From contig JAQGHG010000019.1 of assembly GCA_028288925.1 (NCBI GenBank), positions 72,047 to 136,046 on the forward strand: a DNA stretch of 64,000 nt, written 5' to 3'. Source of the stretch: Patescibacteria group bacterium (GTDB lineage Bacteria > Patescibacteriota > Saccharimonadia > UBA4664). Every line of letters starts with the position of its first letter. Position 1 is the stretch's first letter. A program made the translations under genes and the position numbers. Shown here in pieces: positions 59,544 through 64,000 of this stretch. The notes beneath the pieces were generated by a model, which had not been told where the DNA came from, ran no database searches, and saw only the letters and a program-made list of their open reading frames with translations.

Positions 59544-60580
59544 TACATGTACTCCCGGCCAGCCAGGCCTACCGCGGCCGCGTACTCACTCGAGAGGCCC
59601 AGCAGCTTATCTTGCAAATTCGAGGGATACGATACGTTCACCCAAGCATTACCAAACTCTACCGGCAGGCCCGTCGAGTTGGCCAAGAACGGCCCTAATT
59701 CGGGCAAAATCGAGGCCGAACCCGTCACTACCAGCTTCTCCAGCTTCACGTCGGGGTACCGGGTAGTAAAGAATTTAGCCGAATTCTCAATCTCCGACAC
59801 GAGGTTGTCCAGCGTCGGCTTGATCGCCTTGTATACCTGGCCTTCCAGCTTGCTCTGTGTCAATCCAAACTTGTAGGTAAACTGATTGGCTTGAACCTCA
59901 TCGAGACCGAGATTCTGCGCCACGGAGCGCACTAGCGTCAAACCACCCACCGACACGCTGCGAATCAGCCGCGGCGTGTTGTTGTAAACGATGGAAATAT
60001 CCGAATCCAGCGAGCCCAGATCCACGATCGCCACCGCCAGATTTCCAGTCGGCACCAGCGCCCGTGCCGTCGCGATCGCGTTCGCCTCCAGCGCCAGCGG
60101 CTCCAAACCGGCCTTCTCCAAAATTCCCACATACTTCTCTACCACGCTATTGGGCGCGGCCACCAGCAAAACTTCCAGATTCTTTCCGTCTTTCGACTGG
60201 TCGATTACCGTCCAGTCCAGTTTGACCTGGCCAATCGCCATCGGTATATACTGCTCAGCCTGATAGCGAATTGCCTTGGCCAGCTGCGCGTTATCCAGCT
60301 TAGGAGTAGTTATGGCCGTCGCGAACACCTTCGTGGAAGGCAGTCCCACCACTACATTCTTGGTCGATACATGGTTTTCACGCACCAGCTGGCGCACCAA
60401 CTCCGAAACCTTATCCTGATCCATCTTGGAGTCGCTCGTGGTCACATTATTGGGCGCCTCGACTCCGCCATACGCGAGGAGAGCCGGGTGCGTTCCACCA
60501 CGACGCAACTGCACGAGACGAATCGCACTGGAGCCGATGTCCAGACCAAAATATTCAGTTTCTTTAACAAAGAGACCCAT
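59543..60580 (-). CDS. pilM: Type IV pilus assembly protein PilM
   Basis: GLDIGSS, VDLG, VGG, AVGLA actin-like fold. Confidence 0.92.
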   Translation of the reverse strand: MGLFVKETEYFGLDIGSSAIRLVQLRRGGTHPALLAYGGVEAPNNVTTSDSKMDQDKVSELVRQLVRENHVSTKNVVVGLPSTKVFATAITTPKLDNAQLAKAIRYQAEQYIPMAIGQVKLDWTVIDQSKDGKNLEVLLVAAPNSVVEKYVGILEKAGLEPLALEANAIATARALVPTGNLAVAIVDLGSLDSDISIVYNNTPRLIRSVSVGGLTLVRSVAQNLGLDEVQANQFTYKFGLTQSKLEGQVYKAIKPTLDNLVSEIENSAKFFTTRYPDVKLEKLVVTGSASILPELGPFLANSTGLPVEFGNAWVNVSYPSNLQDKLLGLSSEYAAAVGLAGREYM

Positions 60581-60645
60581 TACTCAAATTTTACCATAAC
60601 CATTATGTAAGTGAAATATAAACATGTACCGAAGCGCCCAAATCC

Positions 60646-62901
60646 TCAATTTAATGGCGGCCTCTCACCCTGAGTCTGGAGCAAGTTAATCGTCGCGGCA
60701 CTATCAAACAAGATGGGTGGGTTCAAATATAGTTGGCCCGTCAGATTAATCCGCTCACCTACGGTGGCCTGGGAGACCGAAACCAACGGCCCCAGCCGCC
60801 GGAACGATATATCACGCGCCATCAGGAAGCCGTTCACGAGCAACATATTCTGGCAGGCCGCGGCCTGCCCCTCTTTACAGGTATTAATCGTACCGTTAGA
60901 GAACAGGTAAGCATCCACCTGGGTCGCGGCGCCGTCAATGAGCAAATCATTCGCGGCGATAATACCCATCGAGGGAACATTAGCCCCAATGGTACTAGTG
61001 GTACCCAGGGTAAGCGGACCATCAACCTCGACCCTACCGGCCAGCACGACGATCGTAATCTTGTTGTGGAACTGGCCGTGGAGCTTCACCACTTGGCTAT
61101 CCAGCGGCCCAGGCGGGTATCCACCCGTCACGAAGTACGCGCCCGCCGCCAAATTGGTCACATCGATGTTGGGGAAAGTTGAGATCGAGTTCAGCGAAGT
61201 ATACGGCGAACCATTGTTGAGATACATCGTCGCGAGACTCACCAGATCGGGCCGGCAAATCGCGTAGTAATTTCCCAGGTTCCCAGAGTTGCCAAGGGTC
61301 GCTGCCGATCCACCCGGCTTATTATTCGAGCCAAAACCGCTCACCGAGCCGCTCGCGCTTACCACGTACTCCCCCACCGAAGTCGACTGGGAGTGGCCAT
61401 GGATGGTATTGCTGTTGTTTATGAGCGCCGGACCGCACAAACCACCCCCGGCGTGCACATCACCACTCTGCCCAATGATCGCGGGGTAATGAGGCGATGC
61501 CACGTTAAACGAAATGCTGGAACGGGCCGGCGCACCGCCGCTCGGCGTCACGTCCTCATTGAAGGTTATGGTCTGGCCGTCACAAGCCGGGTTCACGGTA
61601 TAGACAAAGGTATTGGCATTCGAATCCGCGCCATTATTTACTTTCCGTGCCGGCCAGGTCAGCACCCCGCCATAACCCGCGCCGTTACGCCCGGTAATGG
61701 CAGCGCCGGGCAGAGGAGCCGACGAGACATATTTGGCGCATATCGGCAACGTCACCTTCATGGTCACCATCTCGCTCGTATCGGGACCATTGTTGTGCAT
61801 CCGCGGATTGAGCGTATATCGTGTAATCCCATCGCCTCGTAGCGGTCCGGGTGGCTGCAGCGTACCCGCGGGCGCCACTATGCGAGCTGTCATTTGGTAG
61901 CACTTCTTGATGTAGTTGTAGCTATCAAACGGCATCCACAGCTCCACCCCATTGCGCGAATCCACATGGTGCCACGTCCAGGTGTATTTATGCCCTCGAA
62001 TAAACGTCTCACTCCGCTTCTTGCCCTGGCTGTTGCCACCCAACTGGGCGTTCGACAGGCTATCCACCTGCTGGTTGAGCGTATCATCATGCAAATCCCA
62101 TGAGATATAACCACTCTGGTTACCGGCGCCGGCATCGGCGTCGTACCACTGCATATCCTTCTTGACCGTAGCGGTGCCCAAGTCACAATCCGGCGCGAAC
62201 TGGAACTTAAAGTCGCTATGCGTGTACGGCGGGCTCAAATCCATCGGCCGCTGAATTACCGCCAACGGGAACGATGCCGTATCCTGAGCGTTGTAGGTCA
62301 CGTAGGCCCCAGCCCCGTTCACATCTACCTTAAAGGCGTTCAAGCCACCGGCGTACTTCCCGCCCGGACTCGGATCCACCCAATACACCTTTACCCGCAC
62401 CAAATGATTCCCTTGGTCATCGGCCGCCACCACCGGCAGGCCCGCCAGGCTAATCGTGCTCCAGCCGTTCACCGTCATATTCCAACCGTTCACCACCTTG
62501 GGGGCGCCTACCAGCGCGCCGTTCGCGTTCAAGGTCTGAAACTCATACTTCACCTGCAATTCCCGCGCCGGCGCCCGGTTGCAGGCGCCCGAATCCGGCG
62601 TGCTGGGGCTGTCGTAGTTACCGCCCCGGCCGCCGCTGCAATACCCGCCGTCGAAGATCCGCACCGAATTCGGATTACCCGGGTAAATCAGCTTCACATA
62701 CGTCGTCGGAGCGTTCAAAAACGAGCTGCCGCCATAGCGCGACACCACCAAGAAGTGGCTGTTGTTATCGTCGGGCAACGTGCCGGAGATGGCCTGCACG
62801 CTCAAGGCTCCCGCCACCGCGCTGGCCACCGATACGACCGCCACCAGCAAAATCTGGGCCAGTCTAGTCTTTGGATGCAATCGTTGCCACAGCCGCATCA
62901 T
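60646..62901 (-). CDS. Large secreted Cys-rich protein, candidate pilus-associated adhesin
   Basis: Signal peptide (VQA); directly upstream of pilM; C-terminal domain shared with 10703..12637. Confidence 0.8.
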   Translation of the reverse strand: MMRLWQRLHPKTRLAQILLVAVVSVASAVAGALSVQAISGTLPDDNNSHFLVVSRYGGSSFLNAPTTYVKLIYPGNPNSVRIFDGGYCSGGRGGNYDSPSTPDSGACNRAPARELQVKYEFQTLNANGALVGAPKVVNGWNMTVNGWSTISLAGLPVVAADDQGNHLVRVKVYWVDPSPGGKYAGGLNAFKVDVNGAGAYVTYNAQDTASFPLAVIQRPMDLSPPYTHSDFKFQFAPDCDLGTATVKKDMQWYDADAGAGNQSGYISWDLHDDTLNQQVDSLSNAQLGGNSQGKKRSETFIRGHKYTWTWHHVDSRNGVELWMPFDSYNYIKKCYQMTARIVAPAGTLQPPGPLRGDGITRYTLNPRMHNNGPDTSEMVTMKVTLPICAKYVSSAPLPGAAITGRNGAGYGGVLTWPARKVNNGADSNANTFVYTVNPACDGQTITFNEDVTPSGGAPARSSISFNVASPHYPAIIGQSGDVHAGGGLCGPALINNSNTIHGHSQSTSVGEYVVSASGSVSGFGSNNKPGGSAATLGNSGNLGNYYAICRPDLVSLATMYLNNGSPYTSLNSISTFPNIDVTNLAAGAYFVTGGYPPGPLDSQVVKLHGQFHNKITIVVLAGRVEVDGPLTLGTTSTIGANVPSMGIIAANDLLIDGAATQVDAYLFSNGTINTCKEGQAAACQNMLLVNGFLMARDISFRRLGPLVSVSQATVGERINLTGQLYLNPPILFDSAATINLLQTQGERPPLN

Positions 62902-63118
62902 GGTTAGAATGGGTCCTTGCCCACGGTCGGGTTGGGAAAATGCGCCACATAATACTGCCAAGCGGCATAGCCGGCGCCACCGATCAGAAACGACACCAAC
63001 ACCACCCCCACGATAACAATCAAAAACTTATGACTCTTCGCAGGCTGAACTACCTGGGGCATCCCGTTACTCACCTTAATATTCTTATGCTACCACAGGC
63101 CTAGTGCTTTAACAGGCC

Positions 63119-64000
63119 CTAATTCCCCCGGTCGGTTCCTAGTATCACGATAAAATCCGCCGTCGGATATGCCCGCTTCAAAGTATCATCTGTGGCTATA
63201 TGAGGACCAAATAGCCCCTTGAGCAGGCTTGATGTAGCCGGTTTATGCGCCTGTAAATTATCTATAATCTCGCTCGTTGGGTACTCACCTGTTGCCGTCT
63301 CATACGCTATCACCTGTACGCCTTTGGATTCCAGGCTAGCAGCTTGCTGCTTGGCCAGGCCGCTCACCCCGCTACCGTTAAGCACCACCACCTTAGCCCC
63401 CTCCTTTACCACCGGATCACGCGAGGTAAGCTGGCGCAAATAGCGTTGAATATCGCCAAAATCATCCACCCCGGCCGCCGGCGCCAAGGCCGCCTGACCA
63501 TCACTCGTCGTATAGTTCACTACCAGCGGGCTAGTGCCGTCCGTCAGCGCCAACGACTGGATCTTGCCGCTGTCAATCTTGCTGCCCAAGTCGTAGAGCC
63601 GCCGCAGTTCATTAGTCTGAAAATCCGTCTTTACATTACTGCCTAGGGCGTCCAGAAGCTGCCCAATCTTCAGCGGGTTAGACATCACCCCGGCCGACAG
63701 AATCTTGGTCTTAAGCGCCAGGAGCATCAAACGCTGGTTGGCCGCCCGGTCAAAATCGCCCTTCGGCAAGCCATATCCATACCGGCCGTCCGGCGTGGGG
63801 TCGTTACGTGCCCGCGCCAGATTAAGCGCCGTCTGGCCGTCCAAGTGCTGGAGGCCGTTTTTCAAAACCAACGGCCCTTTATCGGCCTTAGCAATATTCG
63901 GGTCGTAAATCCCCCTCGGATCCGCACTCGCGACCGTTATATCAATACCACCCACGGCGTCCACCGACTGCTTAAAAGCCGTATAGTTCACCAAAGCGTA
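63119..64000 (-). CDS. LCP (LytR-CpsA-Psr) family protein with LytR C-terminal domain, 5'-truncated
   Basis: VDAVGGI, LDG..AL..ARAR, DFDRAANQR, VVLNGSG..GLA, VILG.D. Confidence 0.92.
   Translation of the reverse strand, partial: YALVNYTAFKQSVDAVGGIDITVASADPRGIYDPNIAKADKGPLVLKNGLQHLDGQTALNLARARNDPTPDGRYGYGLPKGDFDRAANQRLMLLALKTKILSAGVMSNPLKIGQLLDALGSNVKTDFQTNELRRLYDLGSKIDSGKIQSLALTDGTSPLVVNYTTSDGQAALAPAAGVDDFGDIQRYLRQLTSRDPVVKEGAKVVVLNGSGVSGLAKQQAASLESKGVQVIAYETATGEYPTSEIIDNLQAHKPATSSLLKGLFGPHIATDDTLKRAYPTADFIVILGTDRGN

Overview
About 60% GC bacterial chromosome segment that looks like Patescibacteria (CPR), most likely Saccharimonadia. The evidence is a complete type IV pilus locus with no secretin in the window, MurT/GatD, a ThrS lacking the TGS domain, tandem CdaR-like regulators and many ORFans; the standard genetic code fits. 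Most genes lie on the minus strand. Contents: housekeeping genes (miaA, thrS, nadD, adk-like, nrdR, rplY, ndk, xerC/D-like, Y-family polymerase), envelope genes, serA-serC, a two-component pair, six tRNAs and a 14 kb pil cluster. The best leads are non-coding: (1) an unexplained ~320 nt multi-branched structured RNA at 25791-26113; (2) a T-box riboswitch with an ultra-short Stem I (Thr ACC in the apical loop) ahead of a MazG-like gene plus thrS; (3) three arrays of a 17 bp-phased palindrome GGAG(G/C)CTCC; (4) a two-gene cassette bounded by 45 bp direct repeats; (5) a two-gene segment bounded by perfect 17 bp inverted repeats; (6) pervasive TAnnnT-N6-ATG leaderless gene starts. All calls come from reading the sequence by eye; no searches or folding programs were run.
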